Positions 50,740 through 60,803 of a stretch of 64,000 nucleotides of DNA are shown here, in pieces (the first letter of the stretch is position 1; each line of letters opens with the position of its first letter). Source of the stretch: an uncultured delta proteobacterium (GTDB lineage Bacteria > Desulfobacterota > Desulfobacteria > Desulfobacterales > JAFDCJ01). The notes under the pieces are model-generated. The model was not told the origin of the DNA. It did no database searches and was given only the letters and a program-made list of their open reading frames with translations. The DNA is taken from positions 32,001 through 96,000 of the forward strand of contig CAVYNY010000017.1 of assembly GCA_963769935.1 (NCBI GenBank), given 5' to 3'. The translations under genes and the position numbers were made by a program.

Positions 50740-51750
50740 ATGCCCTTGGGCTATATATTCAGACGCCTCGTGCAGCTGATCCTGATAATGTTCGGGGTCT
50801 CCGTTCTGGTCTTTCTGATGCTCAGGATGATTCCCGGAGACCCCGCCCAGCTTTTATTGGGCGAGTATGCCAGTCCGCAGGAATTGGTCCGTTTGCGGGC
50901 TCAGCTGGGTCTTGATCAATCCTATTTCGTCCAATACGGAATCTACCTCAAAAACATCCTGCAGGGTGATTTCGGAAACTCCGTCCGCACCGGAGCACCG
51001 GTGATCGGTGAAATCGGCATCCGTCTGGCGGCCACCCTCGAACTGTCGTTGGCGGCCATGGTGATCGCCACGGTGATGGGAATTGCAGCCGGCGTCATTT
51101 CGGCCGTCCGGCAGCACTCGATTTTAGATTACGGCGCCATGATTCTGGCCTTGATCGGTGTGTCCATGCCCATCTTCTGGTTGGGACTGATGCTCATCTA
51201 TCTGTTGGCCGTCAGGTTCCCGATCCTGCCCATGATGGGCCGCATCAGCATGGGAGTCGAGATGCCGCCCGTGACCGGCCTGATTCTCGTCGACACCTTG
51301 ATCGCCGGTCAATTCGGCATGTTTTGGGACGGCATCCGCCACCTGATATTGCCCTCTTTTACCCTGGCCACCATACCGATGGCCGTCGTAGCGCGCATCA
51401 CGCGCTCTGCCATGCTCGAGGTTCTCAATAAAGACTATGTCCGCACGGCCCGGGCCAAGGGCATGACCGAAGCGGTGGTCATTCTGCGGCATGCGTTGCG
51501 CAATGCCTTTTTGCCGGTGGTCACCGTCCTGGGCCTCAACCTCGGCCTGCTGCTGGGCGGGGCGGTCCTGACCGAAACCATTTTCTCTTGGCCCGGTCTG
51601 GGACGCTATGTGGTGGATTCGCTGATGGGCCGGGACTACGCCGCCGTCCAGGGCTGCATTTTGATTTTCGCGGTTATGATGGCGTCGATCAACCTGGTGG
51701 TAGACCTCGTCTACGTTTTGTTGGATCCGAGGATTCGCGTTCATGACTAA
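50740..51750 (+). CDS. dppB: Dipeptide ABC permease
   Basis: IPGDPA, GVSMPIFWLG, DYVRTARAKG, ETIFSWPGLG. Confidence 0.93.
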   Translation: MPLGYIFRRLVQLILIMFGVSVLVFLMLRMIPGDPAQLLLGEYASPQELVRLRAQLGLDQSYFVQYGIYLKNILQGDFGNSVRTGAPVIGEIGIRLAATLELSLAAMVIATVMGIAAGVISAVRQHSILDYGAMILALIGVSMPIFWLGLMLIYLLAVRFPILPMMGRISMGVEMPPVTGLILVDTLIAGQFGMFWDGIRHLILPSFTLATIPMAVVARITRSAMLEVLNKDYVRTARAKGMTEAVVILRHALRNAFLPVVTVLGLNLGLLLGGAVLTETIFSWPGLGRYVVDSLMGRDYAAVQGCILIFAVMMASINLVVDLVYVLLDPRIRVHD

Positions 51751-52582
51751 ATTTCAAGCGCTCCACGACCTGTTGCGCAACCGAAGTGCGGCGGTCGGCA
51801 TGCTGCTTACCGCCATCATTTTGCTCGTGGCCATCGTGGGACCCGGCCTGGCGCCTTACGATCCCAACGCCCCGGTACCCCTGGAGCGCCTCAAAGGCCC
51901 CAGCGCCGCGCACTATTTCGGTACCGACAGCCTGGGCCGGGACATTTTCAGCCGTGTGATCTACGGCGCCCGTATTTCCGTCATGATCGGACTCATTTCG
52001 GTGAGCATCTCTCTGGTACCGGGAACGCTATTGGGCCTTTTGGCCGGCTATTTCGGAGGCTGGATGGACAGTCTGATCATGCGCCTGATGGATATGCTGC
52101 TGGCCTTTCCGGCCATTCTGCTGGCGATCTTTATCACCGCCATTCTGGGGCCCAGTCTGCCAAACACCATGATTGCCGTGGGGATCGTCTATATCCCGCA
52201 CTATGCCCGCATCGTCCGCTCCAGTGTGCTGTCTTTGAGAGAACAGCTTTTTGTTCAGGCCGCCGCTCAGCTGGGAGGCAGCCACGCAAGGATTATCTTC
52301 TGGCACATCCTGCCCAACGCGCTGCCGCCCATCATTGTCTATGCCACTCTGGGGATGGGCACCGCCGTGCTGCAAGCCGCTGCATTAGGGTTTCTCGGTC
52401 TGGGCGCCCAACCGCCTCAGCCCGAATGGGGAGCCATGCTCAGCGAAGGCCGCCAGTACATCCAGCTGGCCCCCCACGTCGTCGCCTTCCCGGGCGCCGC
52501 GATTCTACTGCTGGTGCTGGGATTCAACCTGTTCGGCGACGGGCTGCGGGATGTGCTGGATCCATCTTTGAGGTCCCAATGA
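51743..52582 (+). CDS. dppC: Dipeptide ABC permease
   Basis: FGTDSLGRD, HILPN, PPQPEWG, GDGLRDVLDP. Confidence 0.93.
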   Translation: MTKFQALHDLLRNRSAAVGMLLTAIILLVAIVGPGLAPYDPNAPVPLERLKGPSAAHYFGTDSLGRDIFSRVIYGARISVMIGLISVSISLVPGTLLGLLAGYFGGWMDSLIMRLMDMLLAFPAILLAIFITAILGPSLPNTMIAVGIVYIPHYARIVRSSVLSLREQLFVQAAAQLGGSHARIIFWHILPNALPPIIVYATLGMGTAVLQAAALGFLGLGAQPPQPEWGAMLSEGRQYIQLAPHVVAFPGAAILLLVLGFNLFGDGLRDVLDPSLRSQ

Positions 52583-52700
52583 GCCGACCGATTTTGGAAA
52601 TAAAAGACCTCAAGAACCAGTTCAAACCAGACAGGGGGTGGCCAAGGCCGTCGACGGAGTGGATCTGGCCATCGGCCGCGGCGAAACGGTGGGAGTGGTT
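52579..52700 (+). pseudogene. dppD: 5' stub of a DppD-like ABC ATPase, truncated just before Walker A
   Basis: MSRPILEIKDLKNQF then (shifted frame) TRQGVAKAVDGVDLAIGRGETVGVV; followed by REP-like DNA instead of GESGxGK. Confidence 0.8.
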
Positions 52701-53028
52701 TTTAACCACGATTACGGGCGTTGGCCCGACCGAATTGATCGCGGCTGCCTCCAGCCCGTAGGGCTTACGCCCCGGAGGGAAACCGCTCCCACAACATCTT
52801 AAAACTTTTCTCAGCTTCCCAAGAAGTTTCGTCTTTGATCAAACTGGCTGCTTTGCAGGCCAGCGGCAGCGCTGACATCTGAAACCCACCTGTACGAACG
52901 TCCCGATTTATGTGTAACAATTTACGATCTCTGCCCTCCGCAGCTTTTATTGACCTGCTGACTACCAGGCCATATATTATTTGACCACAACTCGGGCACA
53001 GACAAATTTAAAACACGAGAGAAAATGA

Positions 53029-55005
53029 ATGGGTATTGCGACTGACATCATCCTTCTTATTATTGCGGCGTTTATTTGTGGTCTAGTGCTGCAGCGGCTC
53101 GGGCAACCCTTAATTATCGGCTATCTCGCTGCGGGAGTAATCTTGGGACCCCATACAGGGGGGCTTACGATCTCCAATATTCACGAGATTGAGCTGCTCG
53201 CCGAGATCGGCATTGCGCTGCTTCTGTTCGCCCTCGGACTTGAATTTTCTCTCAAAGATCTCAAGCCGGTTAAAGAAGTGGCGCTTATAGGCACACCGAT
53301 CCAAATCGTCCTTACCATGGGCCTTGGTATCGGTATTGGACACTTGATGGGATGGAATTGGAAGCCGTCGCTATGGCTCGGTGCCCTTATTTCTGTTTCG
53401 AGCACCATGGTGATTCTCAAAACGTTGATGAACCAGGGCTGGTTGGGAACCCTTTCGAGTAAGGTGATGATCGGGATGCTCATAGTTCAGGATTTGGCGG
53501 TGATCCCGATGATGATCATTCTCCCCCAGCTGAACAATCCGGCGATGGGGCTGCCGGCTCTTGGTTTCGCAGCCCTGAAAGCCGGGGCGTTCATCATTGG
53601 GATGATCCTGCTCGGCACCAGGTTGTTGCCGCGCCTGATGGCACATATCGCCAAACTCGGCTCAAGGGAGCTTTTTTTGCTGGCAATCACCGCTATCGGG
53701 CTGGGGGTGGGTTATATAACTTACCTGGTAGGGCTTTCGTTTGCATTTGGCGCGTTTGTCGCCGGAATGGTGCTGAGCGAGTCGGACTATGGCCATCAGG
53801 CCCTAAGTGATATTATTCCGCTGCGCGATCTCTTTGGCCTGTTGTTTTTTACATCGGTCGGCATGCTCTTTGACCCAGCATTTCTATTAAATCATATACG
53901 GCAGGTGGTTATCCTGGTGCTGGCAGTCTGCCTGGGCAAGGGACTTATTTTCGCGCTGATAGTTCGAGTTTTCAAATATCGAAATGTAATACCCTTGGCC
54001 GTTGGGCTGGGCTTGTTTCAAATTGGTGAGTTCTCCTTGGTTCTCGCCAGGGTGGGGCTATCGACGAACTCGATTGGGAGTGATCTTTACTCTTTGATAC
54101 TGACCACTGCTATCCTGACGATGGTTCTCACGCCTTTTCTCTCAGGCCAGACTGCAAGGATATACGCATTGAAAAAGAGGTGGTTCCGCCATGAAGCGCT
54201 CGAGTCATCAAACCTGCCCGATGCCGGAGTTGCCGGCCATGTTGTTATTGCCGGCGGCGGACGCGTGGGGTTTCAGATAGCCCAGATCCTGAAACGTTTG
54301 AACCTGCAGGTTGTGATCATCGAGCTTGATCACCGGCGGTTTGAACAAGCCAAGGAAGCTGGAATGGCGGTTGTTTATGGCGATGCCGGCCAGGAAATTG
54401 TTCTTGAGGCGGCCGGAATCAAAGATGCCTCGCTTCTGATCATGACGATTCCCGGACTTGTTGCGGCCAGATCGGTCCTAGTTCAGTCAAAGCGTTTAAA
54501 TGAACGGCTCCAAATCGTAGCCCGAATATCCGGTCCGGATTATTTTGCCGTATTAAAGGAGTTGGGAGTCTCCCAAGCGGTACTGCCGGAATTCGAGGCG
54601 AGCCTTGAAATGACCCGCCAATCTCTTCTCCGTCTCCAAGTTCCACCGACCGAAGTTCACCGCTATACGGATACCGTGCGACAGGATCTTTATGCCCATT
54701 TGCTTAATAAAGGCGATGAATACCGAGTGCTTTCCCAACTCCGGGATGCCGAACAGCAATTTGATTTGCAATGGTTCCAGTTGGCTCCGGAGAGCACGAT
54801 TGTTCATCGGTCGATAGGAGAGAGCGAAATACGAAGAAAAACAGGCGCCTCTGTCGTGGGCATTGTCCGGGAGGGGCAGCTTAAGCCGAATCCGCATGCG
54901 GATTTTGTTTTGCTGCCGCATGATCTGGTAGCAATAATCGGCAGTGATGGCGACCGGGTGGCATTTTGCCGTATGGCGGCATCTGCCGCCTGCAACGAGC
55001 ATTGA
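53029..55005 (+). CDS. CPA2-family cation:proton antiporter with TrkA-N and TrkA-C domains
   Basis: [57 protein letters not shown]-17-TATATT promoter near 52950. Confidence 0.92.
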   Translation: MGIATDIILLIIAAFICGLVLQRLGQPLIIGYLAAGVILGPHTGGLTISNIHEIELLAEIGIALLLFALGLEFSLKDLKPVKEVALIGTPIQIVLTMGLGIGIGHLMGWNWKPSLWLGALISVSSTMVILKTLMNQGWLGTLSSKVMIGMLIVQDLAVIPMMIILPQLNNPAMGLPALGFAALKAGAFIIGMILLGTRLLPRLMAHIAKLGSRELFLLAITAIGLGVGYITYLVGLSFAFGAFVAGMVLSESDYGHQALSDIIPLRDLFGLLFFTSVGMLFDPAFLLNHIRQVVILVLAVCLGKGLIFALIVRVFKYRNVIPLAVGLGLFQIGEFSLVLARVGLSTNSIGSDLYSLILTTAILTMVLTPFLSGQTARIYALKKRWFRHEALESSNLPDAGVAGHVVIAGGGRVGFQIAQILKRLNLQVVIIELDHRRFEQAKEAGMAVVYGDAGQEIVLEAAGIKDASLLIMTIPGLVAARSVLVQSKRLNERLQIVARISGPDYFAVLKELGVSQAVLPEFEASLEMTRQSLLRLQVPPTEVHRYTDTVRQDLYAHLLNKGDEYRVLSQLRDAEQQFDLQWFQLAPESTIVHRSIGESEIRRKTGASVVGIVREGQLKPNPHADFVLLPHDLVAIIGSDGDRVAFCRMAASAACNEH

Positions 55006-55023
55006 CAAGGGCCTGCAAAACCG

Positions 55024-55206
55024 TCAAGCAGCCGGCTTGTGCTTGAGAATTTCCTCGCGCGTCAATCCCTGCATCTCGTGAGGGAAGACCAGCCACTGGC
55101 CAGTGGAGCGCACGTAGTAGTCGGGCACCAGGGCGCTGCGATTCTTGGTGGGTTTGTAGTAGACGGTGGCGATGCGCATCTGTTCGGGGAGATTGCGGCG
55201 GCAGCG
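55024..55206 (-). pseudogene. 3' fragment of a phosphoribosyltransferase-like gene
   Basis: Manual translation RCRRNLPEQMRIATVYYKPTKNRSALVPDYYVRSTGQWLVFPHEMQGLTREEILKHKPAA*; resembles PRTase C-termini; no 5' part. Confidence 0.6.
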
Positions 55207-55248
55207 CCTCCCTTCGGGCGTCCGCGCTCCCCAGGCCGCTGGTCCAGG

Positions 55249-56280
55249 TCAGTCTGTCACATTGGGATTGCGTTCGCTGAACGCGGCACGCTGGTGCCAG
55301 TACGGATAGATCGGCAGGCGGCGGCTGGCGGCATCCAGTTTGGCGATATGCGCCTTGTCGAGTTGCCAGCCGATGGCACCCAGATTTTGCTTCAGCTGTT
55401 CTTCGTTGCGTGCGCCGATGACAACGCTGGCGACTGTCGGGCGCTGCGTTACCCAGTTGAGCGCGACCTGCGGGACGCTCTTGCCTGCCTCCTTGGCGAC
55501 CTCATCGAGCGCGTCGATCACGTCGTACAAATATTCCTCTTCCACCGGTGGGCCGCCCGCCGCGCCGCCTTGCTGGATGCGTCCGTCGCCCGGCGCCTGG
55601 CCACGGCGCATTTTGCCCGTGAGCCGGCCCCAGCCCAGCGGACTCCAGGCCATGGTACCCAGGCCTTCGGACAGCGCCAACGGCATCAATTCCCATTCGT
55701 ACTCCCGGCCGATCAGCGAGTAGTAGCCCTGATAGCTCACGTACCGGCCCAGGCCATAGCGCTCCGAGGTGGCCAATGACTTCATGACATGCCAGCCGGA
55801 AAAATTCGAGCAGCCGATGTAACGGATTTTGCCGGCCCGGATCAGGTCGTCCAGCGTGCGCAGGGTTTCCTCCACCGGCGTGAGCGCGTCGAACCCGTGC
55901 ATGAAATAGACATCTATGTAGTCGGTGCCCAGGCGCTTGAGGCTGGCTTCGCACTGCTCGAGCAGGTGATGGCGCGAGGAGCCCTTGTCATTGGGGCCGG
56001 GCCCCATGGAGAAAGTTGCCTTGGTGGAGATCAGTACCTCGGAGCGTCTTCCTTTAAGCGCCTCGCCGAGAATTTGCTCGGAGGCGCCACCGGAGTACAC
56101 GTTGGCGGTATCGAAGAAATTCAGCCCTGCTTCCAGGCAGATGTCGACAAGCCGACGAGCCTGCTGCGCTTCCGTGGTGCCCCACTTGCTGAACATCTCG
56201 CCGACGCCCCCGAAGGTGCCGGTGCCCAGGGTGAGTACGGGAACTTTCAGGCCGGAGCGGCCGAACTGGCGATATTCCAT
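55249..56280 (-). CDS. Aldo/keto reductase
   Basis: FDTANVYSGG, ISTKA, SLKRLGTDYID, YIGCSNF, WSPLGWG; AAGGAG RBS; GC-rich codons. Confidence 0.95.
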   Translation of the reverse strand: MEYRQFGRSGLKVPVLTLGTGTFGGVGEMFSKWGTTEAQQARRLVDICLEAGLNFFDTANVYSGGASEQILGEALKGRRSEVLISTKATFSMGPGPNDKGSSRHHLLEQCEASLKRLGTDYIDVYFMHGFDALTPVEETLRTLDDLIRAGKIRYIGCSNFSGWHVMKSLATSERYGLGRYVSYQGYYSLIGREYEWELMPLALSEGLGTMAWSPLGWGRLTGKMRRGQAPGDGRIQQGGAAGGPPVEEEYLYDVIDALDEVAKEAGKSVPQVALNWVTQRPTVASVVIGARNEEQLKQNLGAIGWQLDKAHIAKLDAASRRLPIYPYWHQRAAFSERNPNVTD

Positions 56281-56304
56281 GATGGCTCCTTGAAGATTGG
56301 GGGA

Positions 56305-56568
56305 TTATTTCCCGGCGCGGTGATTTCGCAGGATGGCGGCAAGCAGGCCGGGGAAACGCTTGTCGATTTCCGCCCGCCGCACGGTATTACGCATGGCGAC
56401 GCCGATTTTCTGCGAGCGAATCAAGCCGGCCTTCCGCAGCACCTTGTGGTGGAAGGAAATCGTGGACGGCGGCAAGCCGGTTCAGGCTTCATTGCAGCTC
56501 ATGCCCTCGCTGTCGATCAGCTTGGCGATAATCTCGCGCCGCGTGGGGTCGGAAAGCACGTACAGCAT
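56305..56568 (-). pseudogene. ArsR/SmtB-family regulator, apparently 5'-truncated, with in-frame TGA
   Basis: Manual translation MLYVLSDPTRREII...GMSCNEA*TGLPPSTISFHHKVLRKAGLI...RFPGLLAAIL; TGA at 56482-56484. Confidence 0.75.
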
Positions 56569-56930
56569 ATTGAAGCACCCATCAAAGCAAACTTTACATA
56601 TTCAAGTAATCATAGCCGGTTTTGCTGTCAAGATTAATTTTTACACCGGGAGTGCATTTTCAGGCCAATTCGAGTATAGCTCGCCGGTTTGCCTGGGCTG
56701 GAACTTTTTAAAGGTAGGATTCCGTCTTCGTTCTTTAGGCTTCGCTTTCAGCTACGACCCAACAGGTCGAACTACGCCGCGACAAGCCCATCGGATGCAG
56801 CACATCCATCAGGTAATCATCCGCGCCGGGCGATGAGGATTTATCATAGATGAGGAAGGACTCAGTTGGTCCGCCTCAGGTGGATTGGCTCGAGGAGGCG
56901 GTTTACGCTTGACATCCCACAAGCCCAGGC
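56569..56930 (-). mobile_element. IS91-family remnant A: transposase C-terminal tail plus downstream end sequence
   Basis: Fragments LGLWDVKRKPPPRANP and SFLIYDKSSSPGADDYLMD; 146-bp segment 56569-56714 is about 90% identical to 60070-60216. Confidence 0.7.
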
Positions 56931-57180
56931 TTTTTGATGCGCATGGCGTGCGGTTCCTTGCTTAATGCCCGGATGGTCGATCTGTCTTGAACGCATTGGA
57001 AACGGCGCCCCTGCGGGCAATCCGTGATTGGGTGGTACCGGCCCCGGTGCGGTGCCCGGCCCGCAATCCAACGGGGTGTCAGGGCACTGCGGGAGGGTGC
57101 CGATACCGTTGGAATTTATCAGAGTGATGGTAACGAATCGAAGGAGAAACACAATTTGCAGAGGAGGCAGGAAATTTTTT

Positions 57181-57196
57181 CCACAAGATATAGGGT
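57181..57196. promoter_or_regulatory. NrdR-box-like site
   Basis: CCACAAGATATAGGGT resembles the NrdR consensus; upstream (minus strand) of an AAGGAA RBS and ATG CGC ATC AAA AAG at 56944. Confidence 0.45.
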
Positions 57197-57242
57197 CAAT
57201 CTCGAGAGATGGGGCCTCTGAAAGATTGATTCCAGTAGAAAA

Positions 57243-58040
57243 CTACAGGATCTTCGACAGGAACTGCCGTGTGCGTTCCTCGCGCGGATGATTGAAGAAG
57301 GCCGCGGGTGTGCCTTCCTCGATGATCTTGCCGTCTTCCATCATCAGCACCCGGTCGGCGGCCTCGCGGGCGAAGCCCATCTCGTGGGTGACCACCACCA
57401 TCGTCATGCCTTCTTGGGCCAGCGTTTTCATCACCTCGAGCACCTCGCCGACGAGCTCGGGGTCGAGTGCCGAAGTGGGCTCGTCGAAGAGCATCAGCTT
57501 TGGCTGCATCGCCAGCGCCCGGGCGATCGCCACCCGCTGCTGCTGGCCGCCGGAGAGCTGGCTGGGATAGGAATGCATGCGCTCGGCCAGGCCGACGCGG
57601 CGCAGCAGCTCGTGGGCGCTGTCAAGCGCCTGCTCCCGGGAGATCTTGCGAACATGGATGGGCGCCTCGATGACATTTTCCAGCGCCGTCATGTGGCCGA
57701 AGAGATTGAAGCGCTGGAAGACCATGCCGATCTCGGCACGACGGGCGCAGACCTCGCGGTCGCGCAGCTCGTAGATGCGCTCGCCCATTTGCTTGTAACC
57801 GACCATGTGACCATCCACCCACAGTCTGCCGGCATCGATCTTCTCGAGATGATTGATGCAGCGCAGGAAGGTCGATTTGCCCGAGCCTGATGCCCCCAGC
57901 AGGCACACCACCTCGCCGCGCTGCACCTCGAGGGAGATGCCCTTCAACACCTCGATATGGCCGAAGCGCTTGTATACCGCCTCGGCCTTGACCATTGGCG
58001 TCGATGGTGTCGGTGTTTGGGTGGCAGGGCGATCATTCAT
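57243..58040 (-). CDS. Polar amino-acid ABC ATP-binding protein (GlnQ-like)
   Basis: [41 protein letters not shown]. Confidence 0.95.
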   Translation of the reverse strand: MNDRPATQTPTPSTPMVKAEAVYKRFGHIEVLKGISLEVQRGEVVCLLGASGSGKSTFLRCINHLEKIDAGRLWVDGHMVGYKQMGERIYELRDREVCARRAEIGMVFQRFNLFGHMTALENVIEAPIHVRKISREQALDSAHELLRRVGLAERMHSYPSQLSGGQQQRVAIARALAMQPKLMLFDEPTSALDPELVGEVLEVMKTLAQEGMTMVVVTHEMGFAREAADRVLMMEDGKIIEEGTPAAFFNHPREERTRQFLSKIL

Positions 58041-58933
58041 GGACTGGGCACTCCGGTGGAGAAACGGACAAGGAAACGGCGGAATTTTTGCAACGGGGTG
58101 GCCGGCAGGCTGCGGCTGGCGCCGCGGCCGAAATGGCGCTCGATGTAGAACTGGCCGATCGACAACAGCGTCGTCACCATCAAGTACCAGATGCAAGCCA
58201 CCAAGAGCAGTGGGATCGTGCGGTAGTTGACCGAATAGATGAGCTGCACCGAGTAGAGCAGCTCGGTGACCGCGATGACGCTCACCAGCGAGGTGGTCTT
58301 GAGCATCGAGATGGTCTCGTTGCCGGTGGGCGGGATGATCACCCGCATCGCCTGCGGCAGGATGATGCGGCGCATCGTCAATAGCCGCGACATGCCCAGC
58401 GCCGAGGCCGCCTCGCTCTGGCCCTCGTCGACCGAGAGGATGCCGGCGCGGACGATCTCGGTCATGTAGGCGGCCTCGTTGAGCCCCAGCGCCAGGATGG
58501 CGGCGACGAACGGGGTAATCAGCGCGTTGGCGTTCAGGGTGAAGCCGCCCCAGCCGATGACCGGATAGAGCGCGGTGATGTTGAACCAGAAGATGATTTG
58601 CACCAGTACCGGGGTACCGCGGAAGAACCAGATGTAGAACCAGGCCGCGCCTGCCACCAGCGGATTGGGCGACAGCCGCATCACCGCCAACACGACGCCC
58701 AGAACGATGCCGATGGCCATCGAGATGACGGTGAGTTCGAGGGTGAGCACCAGGCCGTCCAGCACCCGCATCGAGAAGAAAAACTGCCCGACAATGCTCC
58801 ACTCGAAGCGCGGATTGGTGGTAATCGAATACAGCGCCGCCAGCGACAGCAGCAGCACCATCGCCCCGGCGATCCACCGGCCGGTATGGCGCACCGGTAT
58901 CGACTTGATCGGCTCAGGCGTTTCCGGCGGCAA
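58037..58933 (-). CDS. Polar amino-acid ABC permease
   Basis: [36 protein letters not shown]. Confidence 0.95.
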   Translation of the reverse strand: MPPETPEPIKSIPVRHTGRWIAGAMVLLLSLAALYSITTNPRFEWSIVGQFFFSMRVLDGLVLTLELTVISMAIGIVLGVVLAVMRLSPNPLVAGAAWFYIWFFRGTPVLVQIIFWFNITALYPVIGWGGFTLNANALITPFVAAILALGLNEAAYMTEIVRAGILSVDEGQSEAASALGMSRLLTMRRIILPQAMRVIIPPTGNETISMLKTTSLVSVIAVTELLYSVQLIYSVNYRTIPLLLVACIWYLMVTTLLSIGQFYIERHFGRGASRSLPATPLQKFRRFLVRFSTGVPSP

Positions 58934-58993
58934 TGATCTTCTCCCATCGAGCGCTCATTGCGCTCATTTTATTGTCCTTTTCAACCATGAACA

Positions 58994-59026
58994 GATCCCG
59001 CGCGGCCGGACATGCCGCGCGGGATC
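58994..59026. terminator. Strong intergenic hairpin after the substrate-binding gene
   Basis: GATCCCGCGCGGC-N7-GCCGCGCGGGATC. Confidence 0.55.
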
Positions 59027-59075
59027 GGGAATAACGGGAAGGGCAATGCCCGCTCCCCTTCATTTCCCTCGCGGT

Positions 59076-59939
59076 TTATTGCTCGGCGACATTAATCTTC
59101 GAGGTCTTCAGTGCCCCCTGGCTGATGCCCCACTTGTCCAGGATCTTCGCGTATTCACCGTTTTTCATCAGGTGCTCGACGGCGGCGCGCAGCGGCTCGG
59201 CCAGGCCCGAATTTTTCGGCACGACGATGCCATAGGGCACGTTGTTATACGCCTTGCCCGAGAGTTTGAATTGCCCATGGGATTCCTTGACAATCCACGC
59301 GGCCACCGGCGAATCGGCCATGCCCACCTGGGCGCGGCCACTGGCAATGGCGAGATTGGCGCCGTTCTGATCGGGAAAGACGGAGACGGTCACCGGACTC
59401 TTGCCGGCAGCGGTGCATTTCTTGCTCTGGGCATTGGCGTCATCGACCTGGATCGTGCCCTTCTCGATGGCCACCGTCTTGCCGCACAGGTCGGCGAGCC
59501 CCTCGATCTTCGGGCCACCATGCGCCTTCACATAGAAGGAGGTGCCGGCGACGAGATAGGTGACGAAGTCGACGACTTTCTCGCGTTTCTTCGTATCGCT
59601 GAACGACGGACATGCCCAGGTCATACTTGCCCGACTGCAGGCCCGGGATGATGCTGTCGAAGCTGGCGTTGACGAATTTGAACTTCACGCCCAACACCTT
59701 GCCGATGGCGTGACCGAGATCGACATCGGCGCCGACGACGGTCTTACCGTCCTTGCCGATGAATTCCATCGGAGCATAGCTGGCGTCGGAGGCCACGGTG
59801 AGCACGCCCTTGTCCTTGTATTTCGCCGGCAGACCGGCGGCGCTTGCGCTGGTGACGGTGACGGGGCGACCAGGGCCAGGGCCGCGCCCAAGCCGAGCGC
59901 GCGGCTGATCGAATGTTTCAACGATTGGCGAGTTTTCAT
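59076..59939 (-). CDS. Polar amino-acid ABC substrate-binding protein (two apparent frameshifts, ~59865 and ~59610)
   Basis: Signal in 59685..59939, DASYAPMEF/FDSIIPGL in 59440..60066, DLCGKTVAIEKGT/YAKILDKWG in 59076..59624; AGGAGG RBS. Confidence 0.85.
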
Positions 59940-60069
59940 AGATCCTCCTATAGGTTAAAGATAAGAACTTGCTTTTCCAGAGCGGATAAATCGAAATTCG
60001 CGAATTGTGTATCGGCTTCAGCTTCCGACTTCGCTCTCCGAGGTACGACGGGACAAGGCAGCTCAACAG

Positions 60070-60600
60070 ATTAAAGCACCCATCAGAGCAAACTATACAT
60101 ACTCAAATAATCAAAGCCGGTTTTGCTGTCAAGACTAATTTTTTACGCCGGGAGTGTATTTTCAGGCCAATTCGAATAGAGCTCACCGGTTTACCTGGGC
60201 TGGAACTTTTTAAAGGATCGACTTGATAGATTTTCTGGATCAACCTTGCCCAATTTTGGCGGAATTCTTTGGGTGAAACCGTAGATTCAATCAGCGCGGA
60301 ACTTGATCATCGGTGCCGGCCTTTTTTGCGTAACCAACTTGATTTATTAGAATGATATCCATAATAACGAACCATCTGTTCGCCCTTATTGGGGATATGG
60401 GTTGTTAATTGTGCTAACCAGTCCAGCGCGTCAAACGTTTTAGACGTTTTACCGTCCTTGGATGCATAGATCACTTTGGCAATTCCGTCTAATGAATCTG
60501 ATGGCGCCACATACCTCATGCGCTCCTGTGAAAAAGATGCCCTGATAATATAACGTGCTAAATTTTCAAGACCTTCCTGATTGTGCGGCCAGATGGCTTT
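60070..60600 (-). mobile_element. IS91-family (rolling-circle, Y2) transposase remnant B plus downstream end sequence
   Basis: GLENLARYIIRASFSQERM, LDWLAQLTTHIPNKGEQMVRYYG, NWARLIQKIYQVDPL; fused directly to the repeat shared with remnant A. Confidence 0.85.
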
Positions 60601-60803
60601 GTTGAAAGACTTGGCATTGTTTTAAACGAGACGTCCACCGGCTGTTATGCTTGGGCGCTGCTATCAAACCATTTCATTTGTTGCTGAGGACCGGTCAAGC
60701 ACCGATTGCCCATGTGACGGGACTCGTGATGGAAAACATCGAATTTTCCGAATCATGTTGCTGCATGTCGGCCGCCGGATAATTTCTACGGCTAATCCGT
60801 TTT

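Noticed and set aside
55005..60600. Integron cassette array
   Set aside because: No integrase and no attC-like sites; boundaries cut through genes and coincide with IS91 remnants
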